Source: Rhina ancylostomus (Eukaryota). From it: 64,000 nucleotides of DNA. The stretch spans positions 77,498,624 to 77,562,623 of the forward strand of contig JARFYF010000104.1 of the NCBI GenBank assembly GCA_030265395.1, written 5' to 3'. How positions within the stretch are numbered: position 1 is the stretch's first letter; the number at the start of each line of letters is the position of its first letter. The notes under the pieces are model-generated. The model searched no databases and was not told the origin of the DNA. It saw only the letters and a list, made by a program, of their open reading frames with translations. A program made the position numbers and the translations under genes. Positions 12,801 to 22,562 of this stretch are shown in pieces.

Positions 12801-13455
12801 TGGCTTCTGAAGAGACTCATCAATGTCAACTTCCAATTACAATTTTAAAATGTACCAGCCCATCTTTGTCTTGTATCAGCTTTAATCTAGTAACCTAATC
12901 ATACCTCTAACATGTCCATTTGAATTGCTTTTGATGCCCAAAAACCTGAAGTGGATCCAGGGCAAAAAAAAATTGGCTTGATTCCCAAAAGTGTGTAACA
13001 GATTTCAAAGCTAGTGTTTTGCCTCTTGCTATTTAAATCATTTTGTTAAAGGGGGAAACTTCAGTCTTCCTGCCTATGAAGTAACTTTACCATTTTGTAT
13101 GATTTTTATCAAAAGGCAGTAATGATCACTTACTTTGCCTTTTTTAAAAGTTTGCTTTTCAGAGTACTAAACAGTAAACCACTTAAGGCTTTTGAATATT
13201 GAGATGTTTTCATTAAGTGCACTGCACTAATCAAGTTTTAATGCTTGTTGCAGTGCTAGAGATGCAAATTGACTTTACCAAAATCAATCTTTTTTTTCTA
13301 CAGCAGGTTTTGACTGTCGATGTGGGAACTTGTTTTGTGGACTTCACCGGTACTCAGATAAACACAATTGTCCTTATGACTACAAAGCAGAAGCAGCAAT
13401 GAAGATCAGGAAAGAAAATCCTATTATTGTAGCTGAGAAAATTCAGAGGATTTAA
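6650..13455 (+). CDS. ZFAND5: AN1-type zinc finger protein 5(-like), A20 + AN1 zinc fingers; spliced CDS join(6650..6800,8290..8389,10970..11067,12380..12502,13307..13455), 206 aa
   Basis: Five exons with GT-AG boundaries and consistent phases (151+100+98+123+149 = 621 nt). N-terminal A20 finger [25 protein letters not shown]5-type linker [16 protein letters not shown], and C-terminal AN1 finger [33 protein letters not shown] ending ...AEKIQRI*. These match recalled vertebrate ZFAND5 better than ZFAND6. Confidence 0.9.
8290..8389 (+). CDS. ZFAND5: ZFAND5-like coding exon 2 (Ser/Thr-rich linker)
   Basis: Acceptor ttttcaatttttaaag and donor AG|GTAATT. Reads [34 protein letters not shown]; phases 1 and 2 fit the neighbouring exons. 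Confidence 0.85.
9715..10300 (-). mobile_element. CR1-like LINE 3' portion (ORF2 C-terminus and 3' UTR), decayed
   Basis: Minus-strand [20 protein letters not shown]...[17 protein letters not shown] is typical of the C-terminal end of CR1-clade ORF2. Frameshifted. Confidence 0.75.
10970..11067 (+). CDS. ZFAND5: ZFAND5-like coding exon 3
   Basis: Acceptor ttctgttcttgacag and donor CAG|GTAAGC. Reads [32 protein letters not shown]. Confidence 0.92.
12380..12502 (+). CDS. ZFAND5: ZFAND5-like coding exon 4 (start of AN1 finger)
   Basis: Acceptor ctactttgtacag and donor CAG|GTGAGC. Reads [41 protein letters not shown]. Confidence 0.93.
13307..13455 (+). CDS. ZFAND5: ZFAND5-like last coding exon (rest of AN1 finger)
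   Basis: Acceptor tcttttttttctacagcag. Reads [49 protein letters not shown], with TAA at 13453-13455. Confidence 0.95.
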
Positions 13456-14960
13456 ATGGCCAAATGAAGAAGCCAGTAATTTGCTATCAAAGACTGCATT
13501 TATTCCTTGTCTTTTGTTTTAGGATCCTTCATAGAGCAGATGCATGGGCTGAATCCTTGTCTGTTCTTCAAGTTTATGCTTTAACCATAGTTTCTCCTAA
13601 TTATAAAGTGGCTGGATGTTATCAGATGCAATTGAGCGCACAGCACTACATTAATCAAGGGAAACCATTGGCCTGTAAATTGGAAATTCCTAGCAGTGGT
13701 TTATGTGCCAAGTGAACTTGATGACCTGCTGTAGTGCTTTTTTAATTCAGTAAAGTGACCAACCAAAAACCTGTGTTTCTAGTGCCTAAGCAGATTTTTG
13801 TCTTGGCTTTCTGATGCTCTCAAATTAAGGAGTATGTAAAGAAATAGTAGAATACTGAGTACTTTTAAGGTTAAGTGACATTTTCCCCCAAAGGACTCTA
13901 GGAGTATACTTGGACCCAGTTTTATAGGTTAATTTTAACTCTTGTTTGGGATATTCAGGGAAAATTGAGCAAATGGTGGAAGGTTTATGTAGTTAGTCAA
14001 ATATTACAAAGTAATTTTTCCTTGCCTCTAAAATCAACTTGTCAAGTGTTTTGAAAGTTTTCATTTACAGCAATCTTAAGTCCAGAATGGTGTAGAAGCC
14101 AGTCTGTCTGTATTTCAAAAGCAGTTTTGGGCCCTGGCTTCATTTATGAAAGCTTGTGCATTAGCTCTGTAGTTCTAATGATGATGCAGGCTTCGTTTAC
14201 AGAAGTTGCACATGACTTGCTTATAACAGGCACAAGTCATTTTCAAGCTGTATACAGGCAACTAATGTCCCAGTTATACTGCATGTTGGTGATTGAATCC
14301 TTCCACCACATGGATGCCAAATGTGCAATAGTGCTGGCATCAAATAACCTGGCATTGAAGTGGCTGCATGACCCATACTATTGCATGCAGCACCCAATTT
14401 GGTTTTCTAAACTACCTTTTGGCATTCAAGCAGATGTGTTGGCTCAGAAGCTAAGTACAGTCTGCTGGTACCATGAGTGCATCATTCATCAATTTCACCT
14501 ACACAGTACCACAATGCATTATAACTGGGCTGTATATTGTATCACAGTGAGAATGTAGCATTGGCTTATTGCATGGACTGCACATCTTGGCAGTGTGTAC
14601 ATGTTGAACAGTAGAAATTGCAATATACTTGCCTGAAGCTGATGTATTTTTTAAATCTTATTGGAAGATGTGATGTACAAACTATTGTATTTTTTAATCC
14701 AGTACTAAGATGTGTAGTGTGATCAGAATCTTGACAATTTTATCCAAGCTGTGATCTTGATTACTGTCCAAACTTGCAATAACTCTGCACATTTAACCAC
14801 AGTACACAGGAGCTTGTTTTTTGACAAACTACAGTATTTATGCTTTTTTAATCTTGGGTATGTAATTTGTACAGAATTATATTTATGTAATGCATATAAT
14901 CATGCTAGTTGGCATTTATGCAGAAGGATGTAAATAAAGAATAGGTTTATTGGCACTTTT
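13456..14960 (+). other. ZFAND5: Probable 3' UTR of ZFAND5-like gene (~1.5 kb)
   Basis: AT-rich stretch with no repeat I recognise, running from the stop codon to AATAAA at 14933-14938, with several upstream TGTA motifs. Confidence 0.55.
14933..14938 (+). terminator. Polyadenylation signal AATAAA
   Basis: Canonical hexamer, preceded by TGTA motifs and followed by T-rich sequence (ggcactttttg). Confidence 0.6.
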
Positions 14961-17900
14961 TGACTGCAACTTCTGAATATGCAGCTGTGAGGTATACAGT
15001 TAGACCCTGTGTGATCATGGGTTGAGTTTTGTGGAACAGAAAAACTGGCTGGAGCACATTCCTGGATAAGATAAAGGCCATCTGAATGTGTTTATCCTTG
15101 AGCAAACATACACATGTTGGTTACAAGTTGTCCCTTGGTCTTTCCTGATGTGTAATCTTGCATTTCTAGTGGTATCCTTAAATCTTGCCTCTTGAGTATC
15201 TAACATTGCAATACTTGGTGTAATCCGAGGCTTGATCCTGCGTTTTTAATATCAGTGTTTAGTTTTAGAACTTGGTTTCTTTTAAATGGCCTAATACTTG
15301 CTGTATGTTTTGTAATATTTCCATTTGGATTAATTGGAAGTTTATTCTCAAATGTATTTCCTTTATCAGTGAGACTTGCAAATTGCATGCCCATCCTGCA
15401 GCTGTCAAAAGGGCATGCCTGGTGAATTTTCAAACAATTCAAATCATATTTAGAAATTCTGGAAACTAACTACTTAAATATGCAGAATGTTTATTCAGAA
15501 AATGAATATCAGTGTAACTAGGCAACTTGTGCTCCATAAAGTGATTTTTAAAAAAATCAGGAAGCTTACCAAGTGGTGCTTTTAATAGAAATATTCTATA
15601 ATTGTAGCCATTTGTGGAAGATTATCTAATGTAGTTTTCACTTGTGTTTGGCTTCATTGTCTAAACAATTGCATTTCAATTGGGAAATACCTATGGAGAA
15701 TTTCAAGTTTTTTTGGTAGCAATTCTAATTTTGTCTACTACACTAAATTTAATGACCTTGGCACTAGTTTCAAATTCCTATCCTACTGGTAAACTAGTGC
15801 AACTTTCCCTTGCAACTTTCTTCCACCTTGCCAAATGTTAACAAACTGCTGTCAGGAAACTCCAGACAAGCCAGCCATTTTTTTTTTGTTGCTCCCCTAC
15901 CCACAATACAAATGCACATCTAGCTTGATACTTGCACTTTTGAATAGTTAACTACAATAGATCTTGTCCCCTTCACAGCAGTTTTCTCCTTAAGAGCCCG
16001 TGCATAGTAACTACTGGAAGATGTTAAATGTTGGAGTAAAATAAGGAAGGATTTGAGGAATGAGTTTGAGATTTCTGTACTTCCCTGTATGGGAGGCTCA
16101 AACTACAAGTTGAGAGAAGTGCCAATGTTCCACAAAAATGCTGTCATCTCTTGCTACTAATGGTGCCTCAAACTATATGCACTACATATCTTAAATGCTA
16201 AGTTCATGTTTTACTTCATGATCTTAAACACTTTTGATGGGTTCTCCTTAGAACTAAAAATGTGGAGTAAGATTCCTTGCAACTGAACTTCAAGTTAATT
16301 GCCAATTTGATGAACTGGGTTGTTAACTTCTAATTTGTATAGAATCCTGAGACATAATTCTAACTATGCGGAGATGTGGATGCTACCCTCAGTATGTGCT
16401 GCTTTGCCTTTTTGTTAGTTTCTATCAAGTGTTACATTTCCAAATTCAGCAAGGTTATTTTTGAGTGAGGGGAAAGAAAAACAAATCCAGTTTCAACTTG
16501 CCATTTGAATGCAGGAGTTGCTATTTCTACCATGGGTGTATTACCAAGCACAATGATTGACTTTTCTAAACTTCAAAATAGATGTAGAGCTTTGACTGAG
16601 AATGTAGGATCATTTTTAATTGATCTAAATGATTTGGAGTCTGTTCTTAATACCAAACAGTGCACTCAAGCAAACTGCAGTAATTACACCTTTCACAACT
16701 GCATATAATTGCCTTGAAGTAGTAACACTTGAATTTTTGTGCAGTGTATTAGCAACCAAAAATATTAAATGGAATTTCCAGATTCTATCTTAAAACATAC
16801 TTNNNNNNNNNNNNNNNNNNNNNNNNNNNNNNNNNNNNNNNNNNNNNNNNNNNNNNNNNNNNNNNNNNNNNNNNNNNNNNNNNNNNNNNNNNNNNNNNNN
16901 NNAAAATATTAAATGCAATTTCCAGATTCTATCTTAAAACATACTTGACCATTTTTGTGCTACTGCTGACTCATGGTATTAATTGAAAACTACAATAATG
17001 AGAGAATACCACCAGCACATTTGCCTGCAGCAATGAAAATTCCCTAGCATCTCAAGACAAATGGATTGGGGAAATGCTTTCTTGGCCAAAAACATGCATT
17101 TTCATGCATGAACTAAATGGGAAAATTTGAAGCCTGACAGTTGCACAAATGAGTCCAAAACCACCTATGATATTATGCTTGTCCACATTTCATTTAATCT
17201 AACAAAATCCCAGCATCCAAGTGATATCTGAGCAAAATTGCATATAATTTGACGTAATCCCCAAAGAGATGCTTAAATAATATTTGCACTGAGCCATTGT
17301 TCTAGAGAATACATTGACTGGCAATGAATTTTATTCTAAATGATTTATTACAAGCTACAGTATTTTGTCAACACCTAGTAAACCTGAACTAACATGAATA
17401 TTTCAAAGGATAAGTTGAAATCAAATTTTATTGTTGTATGCACATATGCAATGAAAAACTTGCTATGTGCCTGCAAGTTTTCCATTGCACCTGTGCATAT
17501 GACAACCTCTGACTTTAACCTATCTTTTGATTGCTTCAGGTAACAATTATTGTGAACTGCAGTAATCAAGGGTAGAACACATTTACCACAGCAGTTGTTA
17601 AAATTGGGGATTTCCTGATTATCCTCCTTGCATAGGAAAGTATTCTTAAGATATTACTGGTTTGGAGTTCATTTTATTTAATGTTTTCCCTCATTATCAA
17701 TTCCATTAATACCTTCTTAGAAATTTGAGGATGGGCAGGAAATTAGATCCTGGACAGATCCAATAGTTGCTGAACAAAAGTTTTGTAGAAGAGCAGTTTA
17801 GGCCTTAAATCAAGGACTGCATTATTTTTAGTTGATTCATCTCCCTCCATATGTTGTCCTGAGACTGAATTCCCTTGAGAGAACTGGGTATGAACTTGTG

Positions 17901-19242
17901 GTCTATAAATTGCTCTTACCTAGTATTATTTGTACCAAGTATAAATTGGTTATCATAGACTTCATTGAAGTACTCTATCCTGAATCTGAAAAATGTTAAC
18001 TTGGTTATCAAAGCAACAATTTTTTTAAAAAAAACAAGTTCAATTACATACTACATGTGCACCTTTCAGTAACTCTCAAAACTGATGACTGATAGCTGCC
18101 TAGTAGGAATGTTCCAGGTTTAGAAATTTGTCAATTAAATGTTAAATTTTCTCATGCTGTGTAGAATTGACATGAAAATACAATATCCAACAGCATTACA
18201 GCAAAACTTTTTTCAATTAAACATCAAATATTGTTGCATGTATCATCCAGAGTTGCAAGGGTGAGTTCCTTATCTCCAATCCTGGATAAACTTGATAAAT
18301 CTGCCTCCTAGTCCATTTATTCCCCAACTTATTAAATGGTGTGGAAACCAAGCTACCTAGTTCTACTCCTATATGGACCATTGCTCACTTGTTTTCCCTG
18401 GATCAGGATCATGGAATTCTTAGTTGTAAATTGTGACAATTGTAGGTAGTGACACTGCTCAACAGTCATGTCTTCTGCCATAATTAGAACTTTCAATAAT
18501 ATGAAAAAGGGGGGTGGGAAGTACATTAAATTTCATGGGTTTTTAAGGCTCTGTTTCTTTAGTGCCTTCCCACTCAATTTACCACATGTAGCAGCTGCCA
18601 CATGAGTCCATTGGTTTGGAAATGTCTTCATAAAGCCATTTGCCTCTCCATCTCCCTCTCAACCCTCCAAGTTAACCTTTGACTTTTAACATTCCTAATA
18701 ATTCTCTCCCCACCCCTCACTGCGGGCTTGACTTTCTTCAAGCTCCCTTGCAATGTTTTTTTGCTCTCCATTAAAGATGTGACATTCCACAGTACCAGTT
18801 TTTTGATTGATGTCTCACTAGCCCCCTACCTATGAGATTATTCATTTTAACTAGTCTCTAAATTACCTGAGGAAAATAACCATTTGACAGAATTGTAGAC
18901 TAACTGGAGAGCATAAGTTTAACTTGGATATCCTCTTTTATATATTATGCATTTCAATCTCAACAGTCATTCAAATGAGGTGTTTATTCTTAGATGAAAT
19001 ATGCTCAGGGCTGAAATGTTTAATAACAGGTAATTATCCTTAAAGTAATTCTGCCCAATCTCTGAGTTGTAAAAATTGCTAATTCATGAACATAAGTTGT
19101 TTAATGTACCTGAATTGCATTATAATTGGGAATCCCAAAACTGGAAACCTGAGATAAAAACAATGCTGGAAACTTTCAGTAGGTCAGGTAGCATCTATAG
19201 AAAGAGAATTGTAGTTATTTCAATTTAGAGCCATTTCATCAG

Positions 19243-19990
19243 ATGGAATTTAATCCAGACAAGTGGACTGTGGATTTTGGGAAGTCATTCGGGGATGGGG
19301 TATGTACTGGAAATGGTAGGGCATTAAAGAATGTTGATGAAGAGAGACTTGAGGCTCCAAGTCCAATGAGTCAATTGAGCAGTGAAGATGCTCTACAGCA
19401 TGCTTGCCTTCATATGTCAAGCCCAACAATATCAGAGTTGGGGAGTTATGTTGCAACTTTACAAAACACTGGTTACACTTGGAGTATTGTGCACAGTTCT
19501 GGTTACTACGCTAGGAGCAATGTGATTGTGCTGGAGACCATGTGGAGGAGATTCATCAGGATGATGTCTGGATTGGAGGACTTTAGTTGTGGGGAGGGAT
19601 TGCTTTCCCTGGATGAAGGAGGGAGAGTGGTGACATAATACAAGTATATAAGAATGTGAAAAGCATAGGGTAGGATGGTCAAAATCTTTTTTCCCCAATG
19701 GTAGAGGTATCAAAAATTCGAGCATAGTTTTAAGGTGAAAGAAAAGTATCTTAAAGGGGATCTGATGGATAAATTCTTTACAGAGAGAGTGGCTGATATC
19801 TGGAGTTCATTGCCAGAGGAGGTGGTGGAATCAGACATAATTACTGCATTTAAGAGACAGACACTTAGAGGCAAGTCAAAGGGAAAAATACAGTCCTAAT
19901 GAAGGCAAATGGGATTAATGTAGATGGCTAAAACTGTCAGCATAGACACGGTGGGCCAAGTGATCCACTTGTGCTGTGCAACTCAATGAA
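19243..19990 (+). mobile_element. CR1-like LINE 3' fragment (ORF2 C-terminus and tail), decayed
   Basis: ORF with MEFNPDK and LETMWRRFIRMMSGLEDFSCGE, matching CR1 ORF2 motifs (WQMEFNxDK, LERVQRRFTRM), followed by a CR1-type 3' tail. Confidence 0.8.
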
Positions 19991-20149
19991 CTAGGGAAGG
20001 GTCTTCAATCTGAAATGTTAACTCATTTTCTCTTTCCACAGGTCCTGCCTAAGATTACGGGCATATTTTGTTTGTCCTAAAACCTATGTCATTCCAATGG
20101 GTTCTTTAATTGGAATATTAATGATATTCTCTAAATTTTATTAAAAGAT

Positions 20150-20440
20150 ATAATGTTCTGAGGGGACTTGACAGGGTAGACGCTGAGGAGATGTTTCCCA
20201 TCATTGGGGAATCTAAACTTAAGATCGTAGTTTTAGAATAAGAAGTCATCTATTTAAAATGAAGTTTCTTCTCGCAGGAGTTCATGAATCTTTGGAATTC
20301 TCTGTACTGTGGAAGCAGAGTTGAAATTTATGGGAAAGAGTCAGGAAATTGGAAACTACTCCAAGATCAGCGATGATTATATTCAATGATAGCGTACTCG
20401 AGCGGTGATATAATCTATTCCTGCTAGTATTCCATATGCT
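20150..20440 (+). mobile_element. CR1-like LINE 3' end fragment
   Basis: ctgaggggacttgacagggtagacgctgaggagatgtttccc reads LRGLDRVDAEEMFP, followed by tail sequence. Confidence 0.6.
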
Positions 20441-20624
20441 ACTATTTCGTAGGCTTTACTACATTAATGCTTACTCTGGCAATAAAGGAAAGAACTTGAG
20501 AAGTGAACTCATCTGGGCAAACTTTGGAGAAAGCAAAGATAGTAAAGAAGAATCAGAAAGAAAATACTAGAGGATAGATCTCTGAAAATAAGAGCCTTAA
20601 ATACACTTATGGGAAAACTGAAGT

Positions 20625-20690
20625 CAGTCAAGGCATCTGTGAAGGGAAATGGACAGTCGACGTTTCGGGTCGAGACCCTTCATCTGGATG
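20625..20690 (-). mobile_element. Penelope-like terminal repeat fragment with a minimal hammerhead-ribozyme-like motif
   Basis: Minus strand reads CATC-CAGATGA-A-GGGTCTCGACCC-GAAAC-GTC-GACTG. Related degenerate copies occur elsewhere in the window. Confidence 0.6.
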
Positions 20691-21429
20691 AAATGAAGAG
20701 AGATTTTCCAGCGGATCCAGTAAATTTAAAGGGTACACAGGAATAAGGGTCCCGGTGGAGTCAGGGTGGAGTCTGGCAAACATCCCCTTGTGAACCGGAT
20801 GCCAAAGCATCAGTGCCAAACCACTGGAATTTCCGAGTTTACTGCATGTCCTCTTTCCACCACTCATCCAATCCTCTTGCTTTCCCCTGCTTCCTGCATC
20901 ATTAAAATAGAAGAGCAGGATTTTCATCATTTTATTTTTAATGTATTTTGGACAGGAGAGAAATACGAAGTAAAGATCAATCAGCCACTCACAATGTAGA
21001 ATGCAAAATCAGAGGGTTCTTTGACATACTTTCACTATTAAACAAGGCAGTATGGCATTATTAACATTAAAAATATTTATTACAGATAACCCTGGTCCCA
21101 CTTCACCACGTAAGAGATACTTTAAGTTCGATAAAATGCAAGTCCGTGGTTTGATAAACAAAGCTGGCGAGATGCTATCATTCTCATTTATTTATTCTGA
21201 ACGAAAGCCACAAAGCAGGAAATTGCCTTTGAATGAAATATACATATGATACGGCGTCCACTTTCCTTCTGTAGTGCTTGGTAGTTGGAAGACCGCCAGC
21301 ATTTGATGCATTTGGCAAGGGATTTTCGGCAAGATATATTCTATCTACGCAGAGACAAGCTGGTTCATGTGACACGACTATTAAGGTGCCCCTAGGCTGG
21401 TAATAATTGTCCATAAAGCAATCATTATT

Positions 21430-21650
21430 ACCTCCGCTCGGTTCTTTGGAACCCCGACACTGGGAGGCGCGGTCTGCTTTGTGTCTGAGGTGTTTCAGTG
21501 CGAGGTTGTCCTGATTGGATCGCGTCCTCGGGCGCCGCTCCAGCCCACCAACCCGCTGATGCGAGTGGCTGGGATGGCGGTCAATCACGTCGAGGGGCGG
21601 GGCGCGGCGGGGCGGACGTCTCAGCTGGAATTTGAGGCAACCGGAGAGTT
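21430..21650 (+). promoter_or_regulatory. CpG-island promoter of MARCHF3 (inverted CCAAT, tandem GC boxes)
   Basis: CpG-dense region from about 21250 to 22160. CTGATTGG (ATTGG at 21514-21518), GGGGCGGGGC at 21594-21603 and a second GGGGCGG just downstream. Confidence 0.7.
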
Positions 21651-21844
21651 GTTTCTGGGAGCGGCGCTGGGCACGTTGGTTTTGCGGGCGGAACCGTTGC
21701 TTCATTCCTTTCTCAACTCCGGCCAGTACTAATTATTGATCATAAACGTGTTTATTGCGAACGCTTCCTCTCCCAACCTTACAGCTGGAAGCGACGGATA
21801 GATAACTTTGCTGATGCAACCGAAGTAAAAGTGCGAGTGCGTCG
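21630..21844 (+). other. MARCHF3: Probable non-coding first exon of MARCHF3; start approximate
   Basis: Lies downstream of the GC boxes and ends in donor TCG|GTGAGT (GT at 21845). The next recognisable + strand exon is the MARCHF3 ATG exon, which has its own splice acceptor. Confidence 0.55.
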
Positions 21845-22282
21845 GTGAGTTCTCATTTTCTTGTGATATTTGCCGTTTTGAGAGATTTAACCGGGGTCCA
21901 GCTGCAGTGTTTATTGAGGGTTGTGTAACAAGAACACCGATAGTAGGGGTTAGGAGATCCTGGAGGCTGGAAAGTTGGTTGTCATGGTTCAAAAATAGAA
22001 TTCTGTGCGTGTCACCATGAAGGGGTAACGATGGTAGTGATCTTGAACTTCTTCCTGTGTCTGCCTTGGGCTGCAATCTGGCCGTGAACTTTACGAGCTG
22101 CGCTTTTACAAAGCGGGATTCTCCCAGTCCTTCGGAAGGACACAATGAAGAAACGATATCTTGTGGTGTTTTCTCTTTTCTCACACATTGGAGTGCAGTT
22201 TACATCTAACTGTGTTCCAGTCAGCTGCATTAATCGTGAGTGATTCGGGTGGAATTGCTGCAGATGGCAACAGATTGGTGGA

Positions 22283-22562
22283 TTTTTTTTTATATGTCAC
22301 TTTACAAACACTTCATGACAAACGTTTTAATTTATAATCTCAAGGGTTTAAAAACACGCACACTGCATATTCACAATTGCTGTTTTTTTATGTCTGTTTA
22401 CATTGTTGACAAACGTTTTAATTTGCCTAAATGGTTTAAATACACGCACACCACATTCTCAGCGGCTGTTTTTACGTTATTTACAAACAATTTGTGACAA
22501 ACGTTTTAATTTATAATCTCAAAGTTTGAAATGCACGCATACTGCATATTCACAGTTGCTGA
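22283..22562. repeat. Degenerate tandem repeat, ~90 bp unit x3
   Basis: GACAAACGTTTTAATTT recurs at 22317, 22408 and 22496, each followed by ...CACGCA(C/T)AC...; spacings are 91 and 88 bp. Confidence 0.8.

Noticed and set aside
14127-14558. 143 aa ORF in the ZFAND5-like 3' UTR
   Set aside because: Starts at TTG, has no homology signal and no supporting splice structure.
16758-16946. ~44 bp direct repeat flanking an N gap
   Set aside because: Same gap-flank artefact; the single mismatch is consistent with two haplotypes.
21184-22184. Minus-strand ORFs of 173 and 151 aa over the MARCHF3 promoter, suggesting a divergent or antisense gene
   Set aside because: No recognisable domain, non-ATG starts, and long ORFs are expected in CpG islands. 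A non-coding divergent transcript cannot be excluded.
22283-22562. Repeat-spacer appearance suggestive of a CRISPR-like array
   Set aside because: Eukaryotic intron, the 'spacers' are homologous to each other, and there are no cas genes; it is a diverged tandem repeat.
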